Below are positions 1 through 13,341 of a DNA stretch of 64,000 bases, in pieces. This stretch comes from Ylistrum balloti. Lineage: Eukaryota. Numbering within the stretch: position 1 is the first letter of the stretch; every line of letters begins with the position of its first letter. The stretch covers positions 2,542,001 through 2,606,000 of the forward strand of contig NW_026781970.1 in assembly GCF_031769215.1 (NCBI RefSeq), given 5' to 3'. The notes beneath the pieces were generated by a model, which was not told where the DNA came from, did no database searches, and was given only the letters and a program-made list of their open reading frames with translations. A program made the position numbers and the translations under genes.

Positions 1-6
1 ATTGCA

Positions 7-1311
7 CAGTGACGTGACAAAAGTATCGCAACAAACATGGCTGACGTCATTCACAATTGCAAAACAAAGTTGAAATTTAAAACGATATTTTTCATATTAA
101 AAATGTATAATACTTACCAAACTTGTAATATGTTGTAATATAACCTTTCTGGGTGATAACATTGTGAATCATTTTGGGAATTGATACATATAAACTTGTT
201 ATGTAGACCTGAGGGAGACGTCCCCAGATATCTGTCACTGCTGTGATAAGTTGATCCCTGTTTGTAACGTCATCCAATTTTTTATGAAGTTTAATTTTTA
301 TACATCTCCACACATTTTCAATATTTTTTTATATCTGGGGATTGTGCAGGCCAGTCCATACTTGGTATACGGTTTGCGGTCTTCCAGGCATTGGTCACTC
401 TAGAACGACGAGGAGTCGCATTATCATCCTGATAAATCCAATCACTATTGCCAAATTCCTTTGCAACAACAGGCCAAAGTTTTCGTTCAGTAAATTTATA
501 TACTTTTGTGAATTTATATTTCCATCAACCTCAACTAAAGTACCAACACCATTATATGAAGTACATCCTCAAAACATTACACTCACCTGGTGGGGCGCTT
601 TCAAGATATTTAAACACTCCGGGTTCCACACACGTAAAATATTTTCTTGTCAGTAACAACTTGTGCTTCGTCCGTAAACAGATCTTTTTGCCACCTGTGC
701 TCAGTCCACGCTAGTTTTCCTCTTCGCTACTGAACTCGTCTTTGACTTTGCTAGTCGACCTTTGAAATTGTGGTGTAAAATTCTCTGAATAGTTCTTGTA
801 CAGAGAGGACGAGGAATCCAACTATTAAAGTGTTGGTAATATCTGAAAGTCCGTCTCTCTTTCTTTTTCTAACATGCCGATATATAATATACGACAACTA
901 CGGTCACTCAAAAGTTTTGGTCTACCACTTCAATGGCGATTTTCTACATCTCCAGTTGTTTCAATTTTCTTAATATTCGTTCGACTGTGGATCGATGAAT
1001 TCCTAATAATCTTGCTATTTCAGAATTTTTATATCCCTTGGCATGTAAATGCAGCAACACTTTCTTTTTGTCCGGGGTCAATTCATTGGCATTTCGAACT
1101 ATCGTCTGCTACTTCCGCGTCTAATGTAAACACAACATGACGTCACCAAAATTCCGGTGTCAAGTAAAAAGATATCCCCTTAAATTTGTTCTTGTCGAGT
1201 TTCATGCCGATAGTCTAATTATTTCTGTCCAAAAATCGCAAATGAAATGTACCAAAATATTTTTTGCAGAAAATCGGCCATGTTTGTTCCAATACTTTTG
1301 TCACTTCACTG
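7..1311 (-). mobile_element. Tc1/mariner (Tc1, DD34E) DNA transposon, full length, decayed
   Basis: ~38-bp terminal inverted repeats: CAGTGACGTGACAAAAGTATCGCAACAAACATGGCTGA (7-44) vs reverse complement of 1274-1311 CAGTGAAGTGACAAAAGTATTGGAACAAACATGGCCGA. TA follows the right end (1312-1313); the left flank reads CA (mutated TA). Encloses a transposase pseudogene. Confidence 0.95.
92..1092 (-). pseudogene. Tc1-family transposase pseudogene (HTH plus DD34E)
   Basis: Stitched minus-strand frames: MP-ELTPDKKKVLLHLHAKGYKNSEIARLLGIHRSTVERIL (HTH), SGRPKLLSDR, CTRTIQRILH, LFTDEAQ (first D, ~667-678), VMF*GC, GVGTLVEVDGNINSQKYINLL, WIYQDDNA (second D, ~423-428), WPAQSPDI..IENVW (E, 34 residues after the second D), C-terminal LITAVTDIWGRLPQVYITSLYVSIP...VITQKGYIT. 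Several frameshifts (e.g. one extra A in the run at 324-330) and stops. Confidence 0.95.
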
Positions 1312-4300
1312 TATATATGATTGACTGACCGAATGAAATATTGTTTAAACAAAGGGAATCGTGGTTCATATTTGCCTAACTCTATAGACCCAGAAGGTCC
1401 AGGTCACGGCACCGGTAACAGGTCACATAGGGTATTTTGACCAGGTTTTCTAGGAGAACACCTGACTTTGATCACCTGTGGTAGAAATGATCCCAGATGG
1501 TGGAAGATCAGGATATATGCCTGGCAAAATACGACCCAGTGGGCCCAACGGGTTAAGTCAACGTTTTGTCGTTTAGTTCAGATCATTATGATTTATCTAT
1601 ATACGATCTTATTTGGAAGAAAATCTTTCAGTTGTTTGATGATTTTTTTAAACCAAGAAATATTTTGTCGCTTGAATCAGAACGAAATGAATTGTTCGAC
1701 GAAGAAGAGTTCTACATAGTGGCGCCTGAACATGTGAAACTAGTTTACTTTTAATTCCAATTCCTGTGTGATTGGAGTATATTTGTAGATAATTTACGAG
1801 TCAATCATGCCATTTACTACAAACCAAACTGTGATTAATATGTCTTTGTATCTTATGTAGTCGTAGGAGACAGGGAATGTCGCGTGCTGCCCTAGACATT
1901 TTCAACTCATTTGGCGGCGCGCAATCGTCTTGGTAAATCAAAGCGGGAGGATGAGATGTTGGCACTACACATGCGTTTCATCAACTAACATTGGTATTTG
2001 TTGGCAACTCGACAGTACATGAAATGTGCTAAAATCGACCACCGTCATTAAGGTCATATTGTTGAATGTTGAACAGGTCTGAAGATCAAAATGAAACTTT
2101 CAAATTGTAAAGTCGTACGCTTTACAGTGGTTTACCTATCATGGACCCAGATGTCAATCAAATGACATAGCAACCATATATATTAATATTTCATTAGTTT
2201 CCTTGTCAAATCAAATTCAATAGCTTTCAACAGTTTCCATAGTATACCGATATCATTCCATTGAACGCATATCGGTAAGAATATCACTAGCACTTAGACT
2301 ATCATGACGTCATAGAACAACGTCACAATTGCTATACACTGCTAATATCGAACCAGTGGAATTTCAGGTTTCAAGATCGAGTTTCGCTGTGACCACGTGA
2401 ATAGATAGAGACTTATTGAAATGTGTGTGAGTGTTTTTTTTTTCCTTTTCATTAGGAAGATCCAGCAGGCGCTGAAAAATTGAAGTAGAAAGAGAATTAT
2501 GAAAAACCTTACGAGCTTTATAATGTAACATGAAATAAAAAAAAAATCAACGAAGATCCGCTTTTGTATGATCAACCTATTAAATCACACATTTGTGCCT
2601 CTATTTTTATCTTCTGGTAATATCACTAACCAGTAAAATGAAGCATAGCTGTTATGTTTGAACTTCTCTGTACTCCATCGATTAACACAAAAAATATTCC
2701 GCGTCAAGTTATGAAAATGAATTCCTTAATTGGATTTTTTCATTGGAAATTGCATGAATTTCAAAGCCGTAAATTTCGAATAAACTCGAGCACAATTGAC
2801 ACTTTCTATCTAATTACTGACATTGCACACAGAATTCTCCTCGGTTGCGCCTTTTGTTTCCGATGTCGATTTCCATGTTTAGAGGTTGTTGGTTTCAGCT
2901 GCAGGTGTACTGATGTGCCTCGCTTTTCTAGTCGCGAGAAAAACGAGGCTTTTTATGTCTTCGCGAATACAATATCTTACTTCAAATACGGAGCCGTACT
3001 GAACGTTATTTCATGACGATATTCGTTAACTCAGTGATTCTAATAAAAAATAATAAAATAATAACAATTATGACTATTAAGTCGCACGGTATCAAAATCA
3101 TACTCTAATTGGGCCGTCAGTTGTAGTTATAAAACATAAAACACATTGAAGTTTACTACCCGTCTCAGCAATATAAATGAAATATTAGATGAAAAATTAA
3201 TAAAATGACCCACAATCATTTATTTACATATTGTATCTCCTCATATCTTAATTTCCCTCAGCAATTGAATTTTATATCATGAAGACCACGAACTTCGACA
3301 ATAGACATTTAAGACAATTTGCTAGGATATGTTTACTTTTTCAGTAAGAAACAAATATAGCAGTTTGTTTCTCTAAAATTAATTACATAAGAAATAAAAT
3401 GATTGTCATTCTTGTGATGAGAACTAAATCTGTTAATTAGGCAGTAGTGTTTGTCGCTAACGATGGCACGGTGAATTGAAATGTCGATTTTTCTATGTCG
3501 TGACTGACAGCCGCATTCCCGCCCACATTGTTGCCGTGGTGCACGTGGACCTGTTCGTCTACGCTTCCAATTCAATGTTGAGTGACAGGCTAATTGAATG
3601 CGTCGACAATGGCTTTGCTCTGATTGGTCAGTTGGTCTAAGCCAGTCAGTTCACCAGATCTCTCGTGCTCTCCTTGCTTGTATAACGGCTGAAACGCGAT
3701 CTCGGCTAAGCGCCAAATCTCCACAGCCTGGAGACTCGTTGGTATTAAATTGCGTGGTATTACTTGCAATCGATTTCTGTGTTATAGAGGTTTTTATGAA
3801 GGTCAGAATATCTTTTGTATTTCTTCATTTAGCATGAATAGATTTCTGATGCGAGCGCCCGGCTACGTTAAATCGGAACCATAACAGCAGCAAATGCCAT
3901 GTTATATAGCGGATGAGAGATGGAAGGCAGTGAACAACGGTACTCACCAGCTTTGCACGTCTGTGGCAAATGCAGCGTACTCCCGGATTTATTTATATGT
4001 AAATCGTAATTTGAAATGTCACAATGATAAGGATGGATACAGCACTGTTTTCATAAGAATGTGTATTTCTTCTATTCAAAATACAAACACTGTACCGTGT
4101 ACGTTAAAGGATTTTAAAAATATAACCGTTTTTGACAAAAAACCCAAATCGAATCCTCCTTTAACTATCGAACATCAGCAGGGCTGTGGTAAAGTCTTGT
4201 CAAATTCCTATTTTTTGTTTTATTTTTTTACCTAGAAAACGAAGGAGGGGCAAGTTCGTGGAAACTTTTTAAAAATTAGACCGTTTTGTAAATAAACAAT

Positions 4301-6474
4301 GGTGATAAAATTAATCAAAATCACCCCAGGAGTTAGGACAATTTGTGGATTGCTTATTCATATCATTGGCGAAATTCTTTGTAGCTTTATGTTTTTTCTT
4401 TTCTTTTTCCAGAAAGAAACAAATTGAATGGAAGTATCTAAAGCCCGGGAACAATATTTTTATTTGCACGATAAAAACTGAAACACAAGTCGTTATTTTT
4501 ATTTTGGCTGATGATATTTAAATTGTCTGGAAAGTGTTACACTGTAAAAACTAAGTTCACAATATGTGTATAATAGCTCTTCACGTGTTTCATTTGGTTT
4601 CGTAAAAAGTGCTGTAACATTACGAGCCCATTCAAAGTAGAGTAGCTTTACAATTACCTTATATATGGCATTAAATTGAAACGAATGTCTGTTTGAAGTT
4701 TGCTAGGAAAAAAATGCGGCATTGCATTTTTAGGTTGAAATTTGAGATCTCATTTCGTGCCATTTCAGTTCGATGGTGTTAAGTGAATTATATGTTATAA
4801 TAACATAGAAAATGCGAGTCTTACAATCGGCACGTCGATGAAGAAGCCAAGAATGCACGTCAGCTGGTACAGTGCATAGAGATCGTGTTTTAGCCACTAC
4901 AGTGACGTCACAACGAGCTAAGAATCTTGTGCTGAAAATCTATATTGGCAATTACCAGCATGTTTACATCCCAGCTTATCAAAGGCCTGCCAGCACACTA
5001 CACTGTAGGGCTACTCCTATTCTTACACGTAGAATAGACAAATGTAGAAGGTCAGTGAAACAAATACACGTTTTGTTCTATAATGGGTACTGATAAAAGT
5101 GCACATTCGATAGGAAAACGCCGTAATTGAGAAATCTTGATTTCCGTCAATAGTTGTTTATGAAATCAGACAAACTAGCCAAAGCTGCTGCCCGTTTACG
5201 AGGTTTGACCATATCAAAATTGAGTATCCTTGTAATTGACACAAATGCCAAGAGACATGCCCCACCCCTCCGTGCGCCCACGTGGAATAGTGTAATTGGA
5301 TAATTACATACAAGCACACACAAGCTGCACATGTTTACTGGCATGTACTGATTGTGGTCTATTTTCTGGTCCGTATTTATATAAATAACATATTTCCCCA
5401 AAGTATGCTGCAAGACTGAAAACATGTTTTTTATTATATAAACCAGTCTGATACTTCGTACGGTAGATATGAAATATCGAGTTTACCATTTGTGTACAAA
5501 ATTAGAAATTTGTGTCAGTAATACGCTTACGGTGTACGTGGGTTAACGCCGTTTCCTGAAATTTCACAAGGCGTTTTATTGCTGGATCAAGGACGCCCCC
5601 GTGGTCATCACTAGGAAGTAAATAGTGTTCACAAGTTCCGAAGATATGCTAGGATTAAGGTCACTGTTTCTAAATATAGAACTCGACCGGGGACACATAC
5701 AGGACCAGTGAATCTCCCAACATGCTAGGTGGCTGAGAGGTTACATATATTACTATCTAATCTCAATTAGTCCTACAATAACAGCTTTTATTTTCACATT
5801 TTTTGGTTAATGCCTTCTCCTTTTTGTAGAAACTATCAACTAATACCAGAAAATTACTGGCAGGTATGCAATGTATCTTAGATGGCGACGTCTGATTGGT
5901 TGAAAATATACTCAATGTTCTGAATACATTTCCTGTAACGATTACAAAATGCTTACCCCAAGGAAAGCTGTCAATAATTCATCCATTCTTCTGTGTTTGA
6001 TGATAGATTTGTTATGTAACTAATATTCAAATTATTCTGCAAATGACAATATTTCATCATCTTTTTGTTTATGTTTGTTTGTTCTGACATCTAGATGAGG
6101 TGTGGAGCTTACAGACGGAACAAACTCAGTTTTACGATCTGTCCGCTTGGCATATTTGCCTTCATAACAAACAGTCTGTTGTCCGTATAAAGGTTTTTGC
6201 TTATGTACGACTGATTGCCTGTTTGAAGTACACGGTTCGGTGATGAATCTCTCCGGTCATATTTGCATCCATGCATGAATAAACATTGGCTTCGGCTACT
6301 GTGTATACATACCACTGGCCTGGCTCAGTCACTTTCTCGTGTTTACTCCGGGTACACACAGACAGCATTTGGCGATGATAATGCTTCTCACCAATTCACC
6401 CGATCAAGCTAAATACACGAAAGGTGTTTAAACAGTCAATACAACAATCAGTCTACTATGTGGGTCGCTAATTA

Positions 6475-6665
6475 CTGTAACCATGGAAATTTTCGCGGGG
6501 GGTTAATTTCGTGATTTCCATGGATAAACTATACGCGTGGGGATTATTTTCGCGATTACTTCTAGTTTTATTTCGTCTATAAAATTTAAGCACATCACAA
6601 ATTATTACGTACGGAGGAATTTTTTCGCGAACGAACAACCTTCGCGTACATTTCCACGTTTACAG
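6475..6665. mobile_element. MITE, Tc1/mariner (pogo/Tigger-like) non-autonomous element
   Basis: TA|CTGTAACCATGGAAATTTTCGCG at the left end and reverse complement TA|CTGTAAACGTGGAAATGTACGCG at the right end; TA target duplication at 6473-6474 and 6666-6667; 191 bp, non-coding. Confidence 0.85.
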
Positions 6666-7879
6666 TAGTTTTGCGTCATAGCTAGTAAACATTGTTAGAT
6701 ATATTTGTTATAATAAGCACCATATTACAACAAGAGGAGACAACTCTGTTAATTTGGAGAACAATTTTAATCGAGCAAAGGTGATTCTCATGTCACCTCT
6801 TTGTTTATTTTATAAATTAAGACTAGGAACAAGTTTTGGTAATGGCGAAACATTTGTCGTGTCATGGCGTACATATCTAAATGGCAGTCAAGAATACTTT
6901 GTTTTACTAAAAAAGATGCGCATGAAAATACTTTAATATAATCTCGGATTACCCTTGGGTGAGTAACATTGATAACGTTTGTAGATAAATCAATTGTAGG
7001 TAAATCATTTTATATCATGCATGTTTTATTGAAACGGACTTTCAAAAAACAATTAAATTCAGTTTACCACGTTGTATGGTCTTCTGTCAGAAAAGAAAGA
7101 AATTTGCTTCAGAGAGTTAACCTGTGACAATTTACTACGCGGGCTGAAAATATGGCGGCAATCTAGCTGTCGCTGTCGATGACACGACTCCTCTTGTACA
7201 GTTGGGGATTGGGTTTGATCTCTGATAAGGTAATTTGAGTTACTGGCTTGCGTTGTCAACTGACTTCCATGGAAATGAAAGTTTACCATAGAACTGATGA
7301 TTGTGTTACTGGTAAACAACCTCTTTATGTTTCTGGTTTTGTGTTGTTGTTTGTTTATTTTACAGGGATTTATGATTTGTTAATTTTATCAGATAATTTG
7401 TGTCCTCTCTTTTCATTGGTGTAAGTCTTCAAAAGTGTAAAAAAATTCTCATTCAGAGTGAAAAAACAACGCTTTAATCAATGAGATATTTTTCTGTATT
7501 TCATTGGCGAAAGTGAAATAAAAATCGTTTCCTAAGTAGCTCGTTATATTCGAGGATTTCGAAGTCTTGTATGCTGCCACTCCAAAACATTTGGTGCAGT
7601 CATGAAGATGCAGCTGCATAAACCGCGAAGTCATCCTGTGTGGTCTAAACCTGTCAGTAGTATGGAAGCAGTATGACTGCTGTATTCCACTATTTGTTCT
7701 TGTGCCCCCAACCCCACCCTCTCCTTCTTGGGAGTGTCGGGAATGTGTTTTTTTTGTGTGTACATTTTTCAAGTGACACCGGAGCATATAAGAACTGATG
7801 CCTGTTGTATCCAACTGTTTGTGATGGTAAGAATACAGGAGTTTTCTTCATTCGACAATGGACATGCTACATGCCGCTT

Positions 7880-8190
7880 CCAGGATTTTCTTCTCCATGC
7901 CTTCAGACCGTCCTACAGACTACAGGGTTTTTTTCTCCGCGTCGTTTACTTAAAAGGACAATGGACAGACCGTCCTTCAAACTCCATGGTTTTCTTCTCC
8001 GTGTCTTCTTCTTAAAAGAACGATGGCCAGACCGTCCTACAGACTACAGGTTTTTTCTTCTTCGTGTCTTCTACTTAAAAGGACAATGGACATACTGTCC
8101 TACAGACTTCAGGGTTTTCTTCTCCGTGTCTTCTACTTACAAGAACAATAGACAGACCGCCCTATAGAATCCGGGATTTTCTTCTATGTT
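7880..8190. repeat. Minisatellite, ~62-bp unit, ~5 diverged copies
   Basis: CAGACCGTCCTACAGACT... recurs at 7904, 7966, 8028, 8091 and 8153. Explains ORFs 7728-8015 and 7805-8167. Confidence 0.9.
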
Positions 8191-9006
8191 TTTTACTAAA
8201 GCGGAAACAGATGTTACCCGAATATCAACCGTGAATATCTTTCTTTATCAATTGTTTCTATTTTCCGATTCTTTTGCTCTTTGATTCTGGAAGTTGAGAG
8301 GATGTGAAAACCGTTAACGGATTACATTGATATAAAAACAAGAAAAATCATACATACTTGTAAACAAAATTGTTATGTAAACTCAGAGTAAATTAAACGA
8401 AGACAAAACATGAGCAAACAAATGTCCAGGTAGAGATCATTGAAAAAGTTAAATGAAAATAGGTTTAATTAGATGTTTCGAAAGGGTAACCGTCTTCGGC
8501 TTCATCGACAACAGCCCATGTAAATCTTGGTCAATGCACATAAGTAATGTCACGTTCAACAAAACCACAGATTGTATAACTTCCAGAAGACATCAATATC
8601 ATAAGTAGGTAGGGATTCTGAGTTGATTCAATTATCAACGCCAGTCTGCTTAACTGTATAGTAATAAATCGATACTCTTTTTTTCTTTCACTTGCAATTT
8701 TTTTTATCGAATAAGTTGGTTAAAGAAAATGCATTTTGGTAAATTTTATCGTTTCATACATGAAATATTTCAACATGCAAAACGAAAAGTATCATACTTT
8801 TATTAGTTGTAAGCGTTTTTTTTATTTATGAGTACGTCGTATCCAGGTGAGTACTTCGAAATTTTATATCATTGCATATTTATCCTTTCGAACCTGTTCG
8901 TAATCTTTTGTACTGGGTGCGTACACAACTTCGAATGTATTTCTTTTCCTTCTCAAATGGTGTTTTAGTTCTGTGTTAAACTATAGAAAGCCTATTACCG
9001 GAGAAA

Positions 9007-9600
9007 ACGAAGTGTCAAGCGTCAAAGTAAGTCCGATTGTCTGTGCTCATACAATGAATGTAACTATAACGAAGTGTCACTAGCGTCAAAATCCGTCCGA
9101 GAGTCTGTTCATACAATGAATGCCACTATAACGAGGTGTCACTAGCGTCAAAATCAGTCCGAGCGTCTGTGCTCATACAATGAATGTCACTATAACGAAG
9201 TGTCACTAGCGTCAAAATCAGTCCGAGTGTCTGTGTTCATACAATGAATGTCACTATAACGAAGTGTCACAAGCGTCAAAACCCGTCCGAGTGTCTGTGT
9301 TCATACAATGAATGCCACTATAACGAGGTGTCACTAGCGTCAAAATCAGTCCGAGCGTCTGTGCTCATACAATGAATGTCACTATAACGAAGTGTCACTA
9401 GCGTCAAAATCAGTCCGAGTGTCTGTGTTCATACAATGAATGTCACTATAACGAAGTGTCACAAGCGTCAAAACCCGTCCGAGTGTCTGTGTTCATACAA
9501 TGAATGTCACTATAACGAAGTATCACTAGCGTCAAAATCAGTCCGAGCGTCTGTGCTCATACAATGAATGTCACTATAACGAGGTGTCATCAGCGTCAAA
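9007..9600. repeat. Tandem repeat, 64-bp unit, ~9 copies, with 3-unit higher-order structure
   Basis: AACGAAGTGTCACTAGCGTCAAAATCAGTCCGAGCGTCTGTGCTCATACAATGAATGTCACTAT at 9068, 9130, 9194, 9258, 9322, 9386, 9450, 9514 and 9578. Variant order in 9130-9321 is repeated in 9322-9513. Confidence 0.95.
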
Positions 9601-12169
9601 GCCGAAAGCAGAACGAGCTCAGAGACATAATGTACGTCACACCGATTACCTAACGTCGGTCTTTTGACTGCTGTTTCATCCGGTAGAGGACACAACTTTC
9701 GTATTCGTCATACATTTTAATATCTACTTCTCATTTAAAATACTGAAATACTTCCCTTGGTTATAAAGTCAACACACAACGATATCAATACTAATTATCT
9801 AGTTTGATTACGCATAAACAAGTTCAACGCACACACGCGAATTATTTTCTACATAACACACTCTTTTTGTAAACAGTCGAATTATTTAGAAGGAATCTGA
9901 TAAGTATGCTATTTAGAATAAGAATAACAAATAAAGACCTTTACAGCAATATGAGTATCCTTGATCAAGATTTCCAACAACGATATCCACGTATCGTATC
10001 ACGGAAAATACCAGATACACACCATTTACACTGTCTTAATTGCATTGAAGGAGCGCGGTCTATTCTAAATTTCAAACCAAACTCATGTCATCAAAACTTG
10101 TAATATAAGTTATGTACCTAAATTGCCTTTTAGAGGATAGATTGTCCTGTGGTATTCACCGGGACCAAATTAGTAGGCCGTTTCTTCATTGACTATTAAT
10201 GTTCTTTCAATAGAGCCTGTAATATGGACCTTCCAAGCAGACGATGTATATTGACAATTGTTCTCGGGTAATCGACCGCCTGCTCTAGTAACATGTTTGA
10301 AGTACAACTAACTTATTACCGAGTAACCCTACCAGTGGACCCTATACTGACGGAGTGCTCTGTTCACCAATGGTCTCATCTTTCACGAACGTATTGAGCG
10401 TTGACTGGTAAATGATAGAAACGCCGTCTACACTATTGTCCATTCAGGGTAGTTATGAAATTCAATCGGGGTGGGACATGTTTTCTAACATGTATAAATC
10501 TTTTCGTCATGGTTGAATTGCTTTTCTCTCGGATTTACAGTAATCTAAATTGAATTTCACGCTTGCTTAGATATACAATTCATTTGCTGTACAGTACATA
10601 AGTTATTGTGAAATACGAGGCCTTTGTCCACGTAACTCAGATATATCACAATGAAGGTAACACGGTCGTACCTTATTCAGTATGGCGATACCGTGCATAT
10701 CACTCCCATTAATCAGAATTCCCTCCCTTTAAAACATAGCTGTACTGTTCTGATATTTTGTATTTTGTATAGTATTTTGATGACGCTCCCAGTGTATTCT
10801 GTGGAATAGTTTATGTATTCCGATCTGTTTTCTGAAATAAGACTTGCTCTTTATTTCCCCCCTAGTTTATAGCCTGGTCACGGCATCATAGTATTCATGA
10901 AAAATCCTCCCGAGTCAACCCGAATTCAAACCCATGTGCAGCGGAAACGTCACAAGGTTTAAAGTAGACGTTCTGCACGAGTGTCTTACAAAGACTGGCA
11001 CGATTTTGATTCGATTAATCGAAATGAATATAGGTTCGAAACAATTATAACCGATAAAAACTAAGGATGTTAAGTTCAATTCGCATCTGTACAAATGCTT
11101 GATAAAGAAAACAAGTGAACGTTTACATTTTATTAAATAGGGATGGTGAACTTTCATGTTCTCTCTCTCTCCCTTTTTTACCTGTGTTGTTGTAATGATA
11201 ATTACTGGTAGTTTCAGCGCCTCATACCCCTGTGTTACGAACATAATTACATTGCCAGATATGCATGCCCCTGTGCTACAAACACACTGTATTATCAGAT
11301 ATACATGATTCCGATCACGAAAGAAACTTAATCTTTATTTTCACACGAAATCGAATCTGCTTATCAGGGTGAGTGAGAGCGTTGTAGCAAATGGAATTCC
11401 ATGAACGCTACAGGGACGACAAGCATAACATCAGATGGTTATATCGTGTTGGGTTTCATACCACAAGAATAATTACAGTATGGCGATGGCGCTCGATCGA
11501 TAGTTACATACATTGTATGTAATACTTGGTTCTTCACCGGCTGTTAATGTCACTTCATTCTATTGTAGAGCCGACCACATACTTAATTAACCCTTAGGTT
11601 ACTTTGTGCTAAGAACCTGGAGATAAAGGACACCCTCATTTTCAAATGCTCTTTTCTCCCCGTCTTTGACATCCTCCCGTATGACGCCCACTGTTTTCTC
11701 CGTCATCCGTCATAGTTCGATGTAATAAAATCCTAGCTGATTGCACTGTCCTTCCAAAAGTTATATGATGTATTTGCTGAGAAATATTAAAAAGAATGTC
11801 TCACAAGACTTTTTGGAAAACAATAATCGTTCATTACTTTCAGAATTGTCGTTGATCAGGACTCCGGTTCATACAATTAAAGGGTACCTAGTGATTTTCA
11901 AAACAGAGATTTAAAGTGCCATTTAGCAGGCCTATCAAACGAAATAGTCTAGGACCAGCCCCCAAGACCTGTCCACATTATGTAGCTGTTGGGTGTATTT
12001 CCCTTTGTCAGCCATTAGCGAAGTAATAACTCGCCAGAATAATTACCGAGTAGGGGGTACGCATGCGTGACGGTTAGAGGTGGCAGGCCTTGATGCCCTG
12101 GATCGCCTTGTGTTGCTTGATGTACAGTGCGTTCGATATCGTTTGTAAGACGTGTCTCGTAAGACGCTA

Positions 12170-12262
12170 TTTGATTGGCTGATGTATGCCTTGTCAATCA
12201 GAGTTGACAGACGACACCCATTACCACGTGGGAAACGGGCACGGAAAGTTATGGGCGTGGCT
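12170..12262. promoter_or_regulatory. Promoter-like motif cluster (CCAAT/NF-Y, E-box, KLF/SP box)
   Basis: GATTGGCTGA (~12173-12182), CCACGTGG (12224-12231) and GGGCGTGGC (12253-12261) within 90 bp. No downstream gene identified. Confidence 0.3.
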
Positions 12263-12824
12263 TACAACTTTGATTGACAAACCGAGAATCAACATTGGTG
12301 ACCAACAAGCCTGAAATTGGCATTGCTATAATTGTATCGATTTTCCGGGGTATTTGTTTTTCTGTTCGTTCGAGGGCAGCCACGTTACAAAATTGCTGAT
12401 GATATCAAACTGAACATGTTTGCTTTGAGGCTAGTTTCAATAATAATGATAATAACAAAAAACCTGATAACTTATTATTGATGGCTTTACAGGCAGCGAT
12501 AATGGATCAGTTCGAAATGCCAGTATGAACAAGTGGACCATATGCATGAGAGAAATGACCCGCCAGACAAGGGAAAATGCCGACCTGTCAGACTATCACC
12601 TGCCATATATATGCTAGGTTGAGCAGATAACTCATGACTAAGTGTACTCGTACTTTCAAAATCATTTTGTCCCTCCGGGTTTGGTGTCAGTCTTTTCCGC
12701 TGTATCGGCTCCTTGATGACTTGGTCGAGAATATGCTCTCGCATCTATCTTCTGTGACCTTCTTTTCCCCTAACATCCTATTCACTGCCTCCGAGATATT
12801 TTCAGTTCGATCAACAGTTATTAA

Positions 12825-13341
12825 ACGGAAGTCGTAGGTGTCTGGACAAAAGTTGGATAAATTCCAGCAGTAACAAAAATTCAATAGAAAACGGGAAGTA
12901 GCAGCTGTTCCAAACTTGGAGATCAGGATGACAAACCAACTAAATGCGATTCATCGATGACTGGAATTCAATGTCATTCAGTGACCGACAGTATATGCAA
13001 ATAAGTTACTTACTACCGGAAGTGACTGATAAAGTAAGAATGAGGCGGTAACCGGAAGTATCTGATTAATGAATAACTTAAAGACCAATTGTTTCTGTAA
13101 ACAGCCAGTGTCATTTCCAGATTGGACATCCTTCAAATAACATGTGGCTATGTAACTGAACATAATGCCGGAGGCCCCTACGCATGCCAACCACGGCAAG
13201 GAGAATACAGAATATTGCCCTAGGGCAGAAACCACTCTAACACGGAGATCTGCAGTGGTCCAATGATGTACAAACTCAGCAATCGTGCCCTATACAAAAA
13301 GTAGTGATAAATATATCATATGACATTTTTATATCGGAAGT
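12825..13341 (+). promoter_or_regulatory. ETS-type CGGAAGT motif cluster
   Basis: CCGGAAGT at 13016-13023 and 13052-13059, CGGAAGT at ~12826 and ~13335, all on the same strand. Confidence 0.3.

Noticed and set aside
342-1328. Plus-strand ORFs at 342-1328
   Set aside because: Antisense shadows of the Tc1 transposase pseudogene.
1370-1556. GGGTTAA end suggesting a piggyBac-like MITE
   Set aside because: No matching TTAACCC left end or TIR found.
4086-4165. TTAAAGGA...TCCTTTAA micro-element
   Set aside because: Inverted match of only 8 bp; insufficient support.
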